Below, piece by piece: positions 21,620 through 31,005 of a DNA stretch of 64,000 bases (position 1 is its first letter; each line of letters starts with the position of its first letter). The DNA comes from an uncultured delta proteobacterium (GTDB taxonomy: Bacteria > Myxococcota > Myxococcia > Myxococcales > Anaeromyxobacteraceae), in NCBI GenBank assembly GCA_963845515.1, contig CAWJSR010000020.1, positions 32,001 through 96,000 of the forward strand, given 5' to 3'. The notes beneath the pieces were generated by a model. That model saw only the letters and a program-made list of their open reading frames with translations, was not told the DNA's origin and did not search any database. A program made the position numbers and the translations under genes.

Positions 21620-23186
21620 ATGCCCAAGACCCTCCTCGTCGCCGACGACTCCGTCACCATTCGGAAGGTCGTGACGATCACCTTCGCGAACGACGACTTC
21701 AAGGTCATCGCCGTCGACAACGGGGACGACGCCATCGCCAAGGCGCGTGAGCTGAAGCCGGACATCGTCCTCGCCGACGTCGTGATGCCGAAGAAGAGCG
21801 GCTACGACGTCTGCGACGCGATCAAGAAGGACCCGGCGCTTCAGAACACGCCGGTCGTCCTGCTCGCCGGAACGTTCGAGGCCTTCGACGAGGCCCGGGC
21901 GCGGGCGGTCAACGCGAACGGTCACCTGATGAAGCCGTTCGACAGCCAGTCCCTCATCAACAAGGTCTACGAGCTGGTCATGGGTCACGCTCCCGCGCCG
22001 ACTCCAGGCGTGCCGGCGCCGCGGCCTGCGGTCGCCGCAGCGCCCCACCCGGCCGCTGCGCCGGCAGCCGCGAGGCCGATGGCCCCAGGCCCCGGCACGC
22101 CGCTCCCGGGCGCCCATCCCCCGGCTGGCGCCCCTCGTCCGTTCGGCGCGCCGCCTGCCGGTGCGATGCCGCCCGGCGCGCGTCCCCCTGGAATGGCGCC
22201 CGGCGCGATGCCGCCCGGAGCCCGTCCCCCTGGTCCCGGGATGCCGCCCCCCGGCGCGCCTCGTCCGCAGTTCGGCGCTCCGCCTGCAGGAGCGATGCCT
22301 CCCGGCGCCCGGCCCCCGGGCCCTGGGATGCCACCCGGGCGCGCGTCCGCCGGGGCCAGGCATGCCGCCGCCCGGAGCCATGCACCCGGGCGCTCGTCCC
22401 CCGGGGCCCGGGATGGCGCCCTTTGGCGCTCCTCGTCCTCCCGGAGCGCCTCCCGCTGGCGCGATGCCCCCCGGCGCTCGCCCCACTGGGCCTGGGCCTG
22501 GGATGCCGCCCGCCGGCGCCCCGCGGCCTCCTGGCGCGCCGCCCCCCGGTGCGATGCACCCAGGAGCCCGCCCCCCGGGCGGCCCCGGAATGCCGCCTCC
22601 GGCCGCGATGAGGCCGCCCGCCGCGGCGCCTGCCCCTGCGCCCAGACCCGCGCCGGTCATGGCCCAGCCTCCGCCTGCCGCGAAGGCACCGCCACCCCCC
22701 GCGGCGGCGCCGGCCCCGGCCCCAGCCGCACGCAGGGATCCGTTCGGATTCGGCGCGCCGACGCCCCCGCCCTCCATGGGCGTCGATTCGTCCCTCGAGG
22801 AGGACTGGAGCGACCTCGGTCAGCCGGCCGAGCCGCGCCCCCCTGCCGAGCCCGAGATGGGGTTCGGGGGGCTCGACTTTGCCGCGCCGCCGCCGCCCGC
22901 GCCGATCGAGCTCCCCGAGGAGACCGGCGAGGAGCCCGAGCTCGCGCCGATGCACGCCTTCGTTCCTCCGCCCGAGAAGGTCGGTCACAAGCCTGCGGCC
23001 GCGCCGCTCGCCCCATCGCCGACCGTGTCTCGCGCCGGCGACGGCGGCGAGGCGCTGCTCCGTGAAGCGCTCTCCAAGGCCTCGCTGGAGGTGATCGAGC
23101 GGATCGTGTGGGAGGTGGTCCCGCAGCTCGCCGAGACCATCATCCGGGAGAACATCGAGCGGCTCGTAAAGGAGCGCCAGAGCTAA
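21620..23186 (+). CDS. romR: RomR-like polarity response regulator (REC, Pro-rich linker, conserved C-terminus); frameshift near 22338
   Basis: MPKTLLVADDSVTIRK REC domain; C-terminal LREALSKASLEVIERIVWEVVPQLAETIIRE; position between CheW-like gene and valS matches the myxobacterial romR arrangement as I recall it. Confidence 0.85.
22080..22620 (+). repeat. Coding tandem repeats GAMPPGARPPG(PG)MPPPGAPRP in the RomR linker
   Basis: Several imperfect copies in translation and DNA (atgccgcccggcgcgcg...). Confidence 0.8.
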
Positions 23187-23296
23187 CGCCGGGCGCCGCC
23201 GCCGCACACGTCAACGACGTAACGGATGCCGCGCCCGGTCCCCCGGGTGCGGCGTCCTGCCTTTTCCCCCCGCAGTGCCGAAGGTAGAGGGACGAG

Positions 23297-26080
23297 ATGA
23301 GCGAAGAGAGCCGGACCGAGCTCGCCAAGGGCTACGAGCACAGGGACGTCGAGGCGCGCTGGTACCGCTTCTGGACCGAGCGGGGCTGCTTCCACGGCGA
23401 CGAGAACGACGGCTCGCGCCCCCACTTCTCGATCGTCCTCCCGCCGCCCAACGTCACAGGCTCGCTCCACCTCGGCCACGCCCTGACCGCGACGCTCCAG
23501 GACGTGCTCATCCGCTGGAAGAAGATGAGCGGCTTCAACACGCTCTGGCTCCCGGGGACCGACCACGCCGGCATCGCGACCCAGATGATCGTGGAGAAGG
23601 AGCTCAAGAAGACCGAGAAGAAGAGCCGCCACGATCTCGGCCGCGAGGAGTTCCTGAAGCGCGTCTGGGCGTGGAAGGAGAAGTACGGCAGCCGCATCGG
23701 CGAGCAGCACAAGGCGCTCGGCGCCTCGCTCGACTGGGAGCGCGAGCGCTTCACGATGGACGAGGGGCTCTCCCGCGCGGTGCGCGAGGTCTTCGTGCGG
23801 CTGCACGAGGAGGGGCTCATCTACCGGGAGAAGAAGCTCATCAACTGGTGCCCCGACTGCCACACCGCGCTCTCCGACCTGGAGGTCGAGCACGAGGAGG
23901 CCCACCAGGGCGAGCTCTGGTCCTTCGCGTATCCGCTCGCCGACGGCAGCGGCGAGATCGTCGTCGCGACGACGCGCCCGGAGACGATGCTGGGCGACAC
24001 CGCGGTCGCGGTCCACCCCGACGACGAGCGCTACCGCGCGATGGTGGGCAAGAAGGTCCGCCACCCGCTCACCCAGCGCGAGTTCCCGATCATCGCCGAC
24101 GCGATCCTCGTCGACCCCGCGTTCGGGACGGGGGCGGTCAAGGTCACCCCCGCCCACGACTTCAACGACTTCGAGACCGGCAAGCGCCACGGGCTGCCCA
24201 TGATCACGGTCATCGGCCCCGACGGCAGGATGACGCTCGAGGCCGGGCCGGTCGCCACGCTCGACCGCTTCGAGGCGCGGAAGCGGGTGAAGGAGCTGGT
24301 CGCCGAGCAGGGGCTCGACAGGGGAACCAAGCCGCACCTCCTGCCGCTCGGCCGCTGCCAGCGCTCGGCGACCGTCCTCGAGCCGCTCCTCTCGGACCAG
24401 TGGTACGTGAAGATCGAGCCGCTCGCCAAGCCGGCGATCGAGGCCGTGGAGCAGGGGAGGACCCGCTTCATCCCGGAGCAGTGGACCAACACCTACATGG
24501 CGTGGATGAACAACATCCACGACTGGTGCATCAGCCGGCAGCTCTGGTGGGGTCACCAGATCCCGGCCTGGTACTGCGAGGACGGCCACGTGACCGTGGC
24601 GCGCGAGACGCCTGCCGCCTGCGGCACGTGCGGCAAGACCGCGCTGCGCCAGGACGAGGACGTCCTCGACACGTGGTTCTCGTCTGCGCTCTGGCCCTTC
24701 TCGACGATGGGCTGGCCCGACCAGACCGCGACGCTCAAGACCTTCTACCCGACCTCCGTCATGGAGACCGGGCACGACATCATCTTCTTCTGGGTCGCCC
24801 GGATGATGATGATGGGCATCCACTTCATGGGCGAGGTCCCGTTCCGCACCGTCTACCTGCACCCGATGGTGCGGGACGAGAAGGGGCAGAAGATGTCCAA
24901 GACGAAGGGGAACGTCATCGATCCCCTCGTCATCACCGAGCAGTACGGCGCCGACGCGCTCCGCTTCACGCTGGCGGCGCTCACCGCCCAGGGGCGCGAC
25001 ATCAAGCTGGCCAAGGAGCGGATCGACGGCTACCGCGCCTTCGCGAACAAGCTCTGGAACGCGAGCCGCTTCGCGCTCATGAACCTCGAGGGTTTCAGGG
25101 ACGACGGCTCCGACGTCGCGACCCTGGCCGCGACGCCGGCGGACCGCTGGATCCTCGCCCGGCTGCAGCGCGCGGTGAACGAGACCGTGGCCGCGCTGGA
25201 GGCCTTCAAGTTCAACGAGGCGGCCGGGACCATCTACCAGTTCGTCTGGGGCGAGCTCTGCGACTGGTACATCGAGCTGGCGAAGGAGGCGCTCTCCGGA
25301 GAGGACGCCGGAAGGAAGCGGGGGGCGCAGGCGGTCCTCGTCCACTCCCTGGCGACGTCGCTGAAGCTGCTCCACCCGATCATGCCTTACATCACCGAGG
25401 AGCTCTGGGCCGTCTTCCGGGAAAGGGTCGGCAGCGCCGCGTGGCCCGACTCGGTCCTCGCCGCCGCCTACCCGAAGGTGGGGGCGATCGACGAGGGCGC
25501 CGAGCGCGGCTTCGCACCCGTCATCGGCGTGGTCGACGCCATCCGGAACGTCCGGGGCGAGATGAACGTGCCGCCGAAGGCCGAGCCGAGGGTCATCGTC
25601 GCCGTGGCTGACGCGGACGCGCAGCGCGTCGTCCGCGGCGAGGCGGCCCGGATCGCCAGGCTCGCCCACGCGAGCATCGAGGTCGTCGACGGCGCGGTGA
25701 CGCCGGCCGCGCCCCAGAGCGCGGTCGCCGTCGGACCGGGGTTCGAGGTCCGCGTCCACCTGGCGGGGGTGGTCGACTTCGCCGCGGAGGCGAGCCGAAT
25801 CTCCAAGGAGATCGCGAAGGTCGACGCCGACCTCACCCTCATGGAGAAGAAGCTCTCCAACCCGTCCTTCGTGGAGCGGGCGCCGGCCGAGGTGGTCGAG
25901 AAGGACCGGGCCCGGGTGGAGGAGCTGCGCGAAAAGAAGCTCAAGCTCGAGGAGCACCGTGCGATGCTTGCAGGTGAACCCGCAGGATCAGGGAGGGAGC
26001 CCGATCATGGAGACGCCCAGGAACCCGAAGGAGCCGACGGCGGGGCAGACCGTCGCCGACGTCGCCGAGAAGGTCGCTGA
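23297..26080 (+). CDS. valS: Valine--tRNA ligase (true C-terminus may continue into the H1-like tail)
   Basis: PPPNVTGSLHLGH, DWCISRQLWWGH, KMSKT, C-terminal coiled coil. Confidence 0.97.
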   Translation: MSEESRTELAKGYEHRDVEARWYRFWTERGCFHGDENDGSRPHFSIVLPPPNVTGSLHLGHALTATLQDVLIRWKKMSGFNTLWLPGTDHAGIATQMIVEKELKKTEKKSRHDLGREEFLKRVWAWKEKYGSRIGEQHKALGASLDWERERFTMDEGLSRAVREVFVRLHEEGLIYREKKLINWCPDCHTALSDLEVEHEEAHQGELWSFAYPLADGSGEIVVATTRPETMLGDTAVAVHPDDERYRAMVGKKVRHPLTQREFPIIADAILVDPAFGTGAVKVTPAHDFNDFETGKRHGLPMITVIGPDGRMTLEAGPVATLDRFEARKRVKELVAEQGLDRGTKPHLLPLGRCQRSATVLEPLLSDQWYVKIEPLAKPAIEAVEQGRTRFIPEQWTNTYMAWMNNIHDWCISRQLWWGHQIPAWYCEDGHVTVARETPAACGTCGKTALRQDEDVLDTWFSSALWPFSTMGWPDQTATLKTFYPTSVMETGHDIIFFWVARMMMMGIHFMGEVPFRTVYLHPMVRDEKGQKMSKTKGNVIDPLVITEQYGADALRFTLAALTAQGRDIKLAKERIDGYRAFANKLWNASRFALMNLEGFRDDGSDVATLAATPADRWILARLQRAVNETVAALEAFKFNEAAGTIYQFVWGELCDWYIELAKEALSGEDAGRKRGAQAVLVHSLATSLKLLHPIMPYITEELWAVFRERVGSAAWPDSVLAAAYPKVGAIDEGAERGFAPVIGVVDAIRNVRGEMNVPPKAEPRVIVAVADADAQRVVRGEAARIARLAHASIEVVDGAVTPAAPQSAVAVGPGFEVRVHLAGVVDFAAEASRISKEIAKVDADLTLMEKKLSNPSFVERAPAEVVEKDRARVEELREKKLKLEEHRAMLAGEPAGSGREPDHGDAQEPEGADGGADRRRRRREGR

Positions 26081-26539
26081 GAAGGCGGAGCAGGTGGCCG
26101 GCCGCGCCGCGGAGTTCGCCCGCGCCGCCGCCGACAAGGTCGAGGAGCTCGCCGAGCGCGCGAAGCCGGCGGTGCAGCGCGCACAGCAGGCGGCCGAGGA
26201 CTTCGCGGAGAAGGCGAAGCCGGCCATGAAGCGGGCGCAGGAGACCGCCGAGGACTGGGCCGAGAAGGCGAAGCCGGCCGTGAAGCGCGCGCAGAAGGCT
26301 GCCGGGGCGTTCGCGGATCGCGCCCGCGGGTCGATCGAGCGAGCGGTCAAGAAGGCCACGGGCAAGATGGCCGCCAGGAAGGGCGCGCTCGAAGAAGAAG
26401 CGCGGCGAAGAAGGCTCCCGCGAAGAAGAGCGCCGCGAAGAAGGCGCCCGCGAAGAAGGGCGCAGCGAAGAAGGCTCCGGCCCGGAAGGTCGCCGCGAAG
26501 AAGAGCGCCGCGCGCAAGGCGCCGAAGGGGAAGCGGTAG
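26007..26539 (+). CDS. Ala/Lys-rich helical protein with histone-H1-like AKKAPAKK tail; frameshift near 26390
   Basis: SD GGGAGGGAG before ATG 26007; 18-aa AKPAVKRAQ repeats; 15-bp GCGAAGAAG-based repeats encoding AKKAPAKKSAAKK...KGKR*. Confidence 0.7.
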
Positions 26540-26544
26540 CTTCC

Positions 26545-27382
26545 GTGCAGCTCGCGGCCAACGTCGAGCGGCTCATCGACCTGGCGCTCGAGGAGGACCT
26601 CCTCCTCGGCGACGTCACGAGCGAGGCGACCCTCTCCCCGGCTGCGAGCGGGGAGGGGACGTTCCTGGCCAAGGACGCGCTGGTCCTCGCAGGGACGGCC
26701 GTCGCCGCGCGCGTCTTCGAGCGGCTCGGGGCGGAGTGCCGCTTCAGCCGCGAGGACGGGGCGCGCGTGCTCAGTGGCGAGGTGGTCGGCACCGCGACGG
26801 GACCCGTCCGGGCGCTGCTCGCGGCGGAGCGGACCGCGCTCAACTTCCTCCAGCGGCTCTCCGGCGTGGCGACCGCGACGCGGCGGGCGGTCGACGCCCT
26901 CGCAGCCGGCGGCGGGAAGACGCGCCTGCTCGACACGCGCAAGACGACGCCTGGGCTGGCGCATGATCGAGAAGGCGGCGGTCCGCGCCGGCGGCGGCAA
27001 GAACCACCGGTTCTCCCTGGGGGACGGCATCCTCATCAAGGACAACCACGTGGCGGCCTGCGGCGGCGTCGCGGAGGCCGTGCGGCGGGCGCGCGCGAGC
27101 GCCGGGGCGATGCTGAAGATCGAGGTCGAGGTGGTCGATCTCCCGGGGCTCGACGCCGCCATCGCCGCCGGGGCCGACATCGTCCTGCTCGACAACATGG
27201 ACGACGCCGCGGTCGCTGCTGCGGTGAGGCGCGCCGCCGGGCGCGTGCTGCTGGAGGCCAGCGGCAACATGACCGACGAGCGGCTGCCGCGGATCGCGGC
27301 CACCGGCGTCGACTTCGTCTCGATGGGGGCCGTCACCCACAGCGCCCGCGCCGTGGACCTCTCCTTCGAGCTGTCGTCCTGA
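26545..27382 (+). CDS. nadC: Nicotinate-nucleotide pyrophosphorylase (QPRTase); frameshift near 26954
   Basis: ERTALNFLQRLSGVAT, DTRKTTPG, NHRFSL...IKDNH, LLDN, EASGN. Confidence 0.93.
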
Positions 27383-27438
27383 GCGCCCGTCCATTTGACA
27401 CGTAGAGCGGCGCGCCGAAGATCCGATCGGCCCGCGCC

Positions 27439-28435
27439 ATGACAGAAGCCCAGAACGCCGGTTCCGAGGAGATGATCCTCTCCTTCCTCGCCGAGGCCGG
27501 GGACGAGTTCATCTCGGGCGAGGCCATCTCCGACAAGCTCGGCCTCTCGCGCACTGCGGTCTGGAAGCACGTCGAGGGGCTCCGCTCGCAGGGCTACCGG
27601 ATCGACGCGCTCCCGGCGCGCGGGTACCGGCTCGCCGGCGTCCCCGATCGGCTCGGGCCGCTCGAGATCAGGCCGCTCCTGTCCACGGCCGACCTCGGCC
27701 AGACCGTCCACTTCTACGAGGAGATCGACTCCACCAACGACCGGGCGAAGGAGCTGGCGGAGGATGGCGCCGCCCACGGCGAGGTGGTCGTGGCGGAGCA
27801 GCAGCGCGCTGGGCGGGGGCGGCGGGGGCGGACCTGGGCCTCCCCCGCGGGGCGCAACCTCTACCTCTCCGTCATCCTGCGCCCCGAGCTGCCCCCGACG
27901 CGCGCGCCGGAGCTGACGCTCGTCGGCGCCCTGGCCGTCTGCGACGCGCTGCGGGAGGCCGGGGTGGACGCCGGGATCAAGTGGCCGAACGACGTCCTGG
28001 TCGGCGGCAGGAAGATCGCAGGCATCCTCACCGAGCTCTCCGCGGAGCCCGACCACGTCCACTGGGTCGTCCTGGGGATGGGCGTCAACCTCAACGCGCG
28101 CCGGGAGGACTTCCCGGCGGAGCTGCGCGACGAGGCCACCAGCGTCCTCATCGAGCGGGGGCAGCCGGCGCCGCGCGCGCTCTTCACGGCGGCGCTGCTC
28201 CTCTCGCTGGAGCAGTGGCTCGAGGTGCACGCCGCGAAGGGGTTCGACGCGATCCGCGACGCGTGGCGAAGCCGCTCGGTGACCCTCGGGCGCCCGGTCC
28301 GGGTCAAGATGGGCGACCGGGACATCGACGGGGTCGCCGAGGAGCTGGACGAGAGCGGGGCGCTCCTCGTCCGCACCGCTGCCGGGCGTCGAGCGGGTGA
28401 TGACCGGCGACGTCGTGCTGCTCCGACCGCGTTGA
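27439..28435 (+). CDS. birA: Bifunctional biotin ligase/repressor; frameshift near 28385 (true end VERVMTGDVVLLRPR*)
   Basis: HTH SGEAISDKLGLSRTAVWK; STND, GRGRRGR, KWPND, KIAGIL. Confidence 0.93.
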
Positions 28436-28460
28436 CCGGACAACGGCGCGCGGCTAACCT
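28432..28460 (+). promoter_or_regulatory. Putative promoter TTGACC-N17-TAACCT, 6 nt before the coaX GTG (leaderless type)
   Basis: Direct match with canonical spacing; no SD. Confidence 0.55.
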
Positions 28461-28466
28461 CCGCCC

Positions 28467-29231
28467 GTGCTTCTAGCCATCGACGTCGGCAACACCAATA
28501 CCGTCCTGGGCGTGTACGAGGCAGGCAAGCTGCGCCAGCACTGGCGCATCGAGACCAGCCACACCCGCACCTACGACGAGTACGGGATCCTCCTCCGGCA
28601 GCTCTTCGCCGCCCACGGCGTGGATGTGGCGGGCGTGAAGGCGATCGCCATCTCCAGCGTCGTCCCGCCGCTCGCCTTCACGCTCGAGCAGATGGCCCAG
28701 CGCTACTTCAAGGTGAAGCCGCTCTTCATCGGGCCGGGCGTGAAGACGGGGATGCCCATCCTCTACGAGAACCCCCGCGAGGTGGGTGCCGACCGGGTCG
28801 TCAACGCGGTCGCCGCGTTCGAGCGCTGGAAGACGGGGCTCATCGTCGTGGACTTCGGCACGGCCACCACCTTCGACGCGGTCTCGCCGAAGGGCGAGTA
28901 CCTCGGCGGCGCCATCTGCCCTGGCGTCACGGTCTCGATGGAGGCGCTCTTCCGGGCGGCGTCCAAGCTCCCCCGCGTGGAGTTCGCGCGGCCGCCCAGC
29001 GTGGTCGGGAAGAACACCGTCGCGTCGATCCAGAGCGGCCTCGTGTACGGCTACGTCGGCATGGTCGACGGCATCTGCGGGCGCATGAGCGACGAGCTCG
29101 GGTTCCAGCCGAAGGTCGTCGCCACCGGCGGGCTCGCGCCGCTCCTCTCGGGCATCTCGAAGTCCATCTCCGAGGTGGACGAGCACCTGACGCTCGAGGG
29201 ACTCCGGATCATCTACCAGCGGAACAGCTGA
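28467..29231 (+). CDS. coaX: Type III pantothenate kinase
   Basis: IDVGNTN, GADRVVN, DFGTATT, ATGG. Confidence 0.95.
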   Translation: MLLAIDVGNTNTVLGVYEAGKLRQHWRIETSHTRTYDEYGILLRQLFAAHGVDVAGVKAIAISSVVPPLAFTLEQMAQRYFKVKPLFIGPGVKTGMPILYENPREVGADRVVNAVAAFERWKTGLIVVDFGTATTFDAVSPKGEYLGGAICPGVTVSMEALFRAASKLPRVEFARPPSVVGKNTVASIQSGLVYGYVGMVDGICGRMSDELGFQPKVVATGGLAPLLSGISKSISEVDEHLTLEGLRIIYQRNS

Positions 29232-29242
29232 GCCGAGCGACG

Positions 29243-29834
29243 ATGACCGAGAAGTCGAACGCCGAAGGGAGCGCACAGGCGCGCCTTCGAGCAGGGCATG
29301 GCGGCCTTCCTGCGCGGCAACGCCCAGTCGGCGCACGCCGCCTTCGAGCGGGCGCACCGCCGCGAGCCGCGCGACCCGCGCTACATGTCCTGGTACGGCC
29401 TCACGCTCGTGGTCGTCGAGAAGAACAGCAACCTCGGCTTGCTGCTCTGCGACCAGGCGCTGCGCGGCGCGGGGACCGACCCCGATCTCCTCCTCAACCA
29501 GGCGCGGGTCCACCTCGCGCTCAACCAGCGCGAGCGAAGCATCCGGGCGATCCAGCGGGGGCTGGCCCTGTGGCCCATGCACCACGGCCTGCAGCGGGCC
29601 CGCGACTCGCTCGGGTGGCGCAAGAGCCCCGTCCTGCCGTTCCTGTCCCGCAACAGCCCCCTCAACCGGTTCCTCGGACGGCTGCGCCACCGCTTCTCCC
29701 GCCACGGCGGAGCGACGTCGGTGCCGAACCCGATGACCCTGGGCGTGATCCTCCCGCTGAGCTCGCCCGTCGCCAGCGCCTCGACGCCGGCGCCCACCTC
29801 GACGACGCCGGCGCCCACGCCGGTCAAGGAGTAG
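29243..29834 (+). CDS. TPR protein; probable frameshift near 29270
   Basis: ORF 29298..29834: YMSWYGL, LLLNQARVHL, PFLSRNSPLNRFLGRLR; upstream ATG 29243 is out of frame by one base. Confidence 0.7.
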
Positions 29835-29839
29835 GGACC

Positions 29840-30985
29840 ATGCCAGACTGCCCGCTCCCCCTCGACGTGCTCCCGCGGCAGCTCCAGAAGCACGCCGACG
29901 AGAAGGCGCCGCCGCCACTGAGGATGATGGGGGCGAAGGGGCTCGTGCCGGCGGTGGCGCCGGTCGATCTCCTCACGCTCCTCTTCTTCCTGTCCTTCGA
30001 CGGTGACGCCGGCGTGCGCGAGACGGCCGTCAAGACCGCCGAGGGGCTCCCGGACAGGATCTACGGTGTCGGGCTCCGCGCCGACGGGATCGACGGGAAG
30101 GTGCTGGACTGGCTCGCCGACCGGTTCCAGGGGAAGGACTCCGCCATCGAGCTGATCCTCCTCAACGCGGTGACGCTCGACGAGACCATCGCACGGCTGG
30201 CGCCGGCCGTCCCGCAGAAGCTCGGCGAGCTCATCCGCCAGAACGAGCTCCGGCTCCTGAGGACCGACGGGATCATCCGCGGCCTCTGCGCCAACCCCAA
30301 CGTCCTCGCCTCGGTCATCGACGGCGCGTGCGACTTCTGCGTCCGCAACGGCCTCACGCTGCTCGACGTCCCGCAGCTGGTGGAGGCTCACAAGCGGGTC
30401 CACGGGGTCGATCCCTCCGCAGTGGCGAAGCCCGCCTCGGCGACCGCGACCGGGCTGCTGTCCGAGTACCAGCAGGAGCTGGCAGTCGAGGCCGCGGAGG
30501 GCGCGGGGCCGCCAGCCGTCGTGACCGAGGCGGAGAGCGGCAAGAAGCTCAACATGACGCAGAAGGTGCTCACGATGAGCGTCAGCGAGAAGATCAAGCT
30601 GGCGACGCTGGGCAACAAGGAGGCGCGAACCATCCTGCTGCGCGACTCCAACAAGCTCGTCTGCATGGCCGCTGCGACCAGCCCCCGCATGACCGACGGA
30701 GAGATGCTCTCGCTCGCCAACTCGCGGACGGTGAACGCCGACGTGCTCCGGTACATCTACTCCGGGCGCGAGTTCACGAAGGTCTACGCCATCAAGACGG
30801 CGCTCGTGAAGAACCCCAAGGTCCCGCTCCCGACCGCGCTCAAGCTCATGTACACGCTCCAGGAGAAGGACATCAAGGAGCTGGCGCGCGACAGGAACGT
30901 CCCGCAGACGATCCAGGCGCAGGCGAAGTCGTGGCTCCAGAAGCGCGACGCCGCGGCCAAGAAGGACCCGACGGCGAAGCACTAG
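29840..30985 (+). CDS. Conserved deltaproteobacterial helical-repeat protein
   Basis: MSVSEKIKLATLGNKEARTILLRDSNKLV...ALVKNPKVP motif; strong codon bias. Confidence 0.75.
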   Translation: MPDCPLPLDVLPRQLQKHADEKAPPPLRMMGAKGLVPAVAPVDLLTLLFFLSFDGDAGVRETAVKTAEGLPDRIYGVGLRADGIDGKVLDWLADRFQGKDSAIELILLNAVTLDETIARLAPAVPQKLGELIRQNELRLLRTDGIIRGLCANPNVLASVIDGACDFCVRNGLTLLDVPQLVEAHKRVHGVDPSAVAKPASATATGLLSEYQQELAVEAAEGAGPPAVVTEAESGKKLNMTQKVLTMSVSEKIKLATLGNKEARTILLRDSNKLVCMAAATSPRMTDGEMLSLANSRTVNADVLRYIYSGREFTKVYAIKTALVKNPKVPLPTALKLMYTLQEKDIKELARDRNVPQTIQAQAKSWLQKRDAAAKKDPTAKH

Positions 30986-31005
30986 TCGGCGCGCCCAGGG
31001 GACGG

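Noticed and set aside
22080..22620. Repeat array in romR as CRISPR or VNTR mobile DNA
   Set aside because: Degenerate at third codon positions, so protein-coding repeats; no cas genes in the window.
23187..23296. Possible T-box or riboswitch leader before valS (hairpin GCCGCGCCCGG...CCGGGTGCGGC)
   Set aside because: Only about 110 nt, with no T-box UGGNACC antiterminator or stem I motifs. More likely a simple romR terminator-like hairpin.
26380..26539. 15-bp GCGAAGAAG-type tandem repeats as a CRISPR or non-coding array
   Set aside because: No spacers; the repeats encode AKKAP/AKKSA peptide units.
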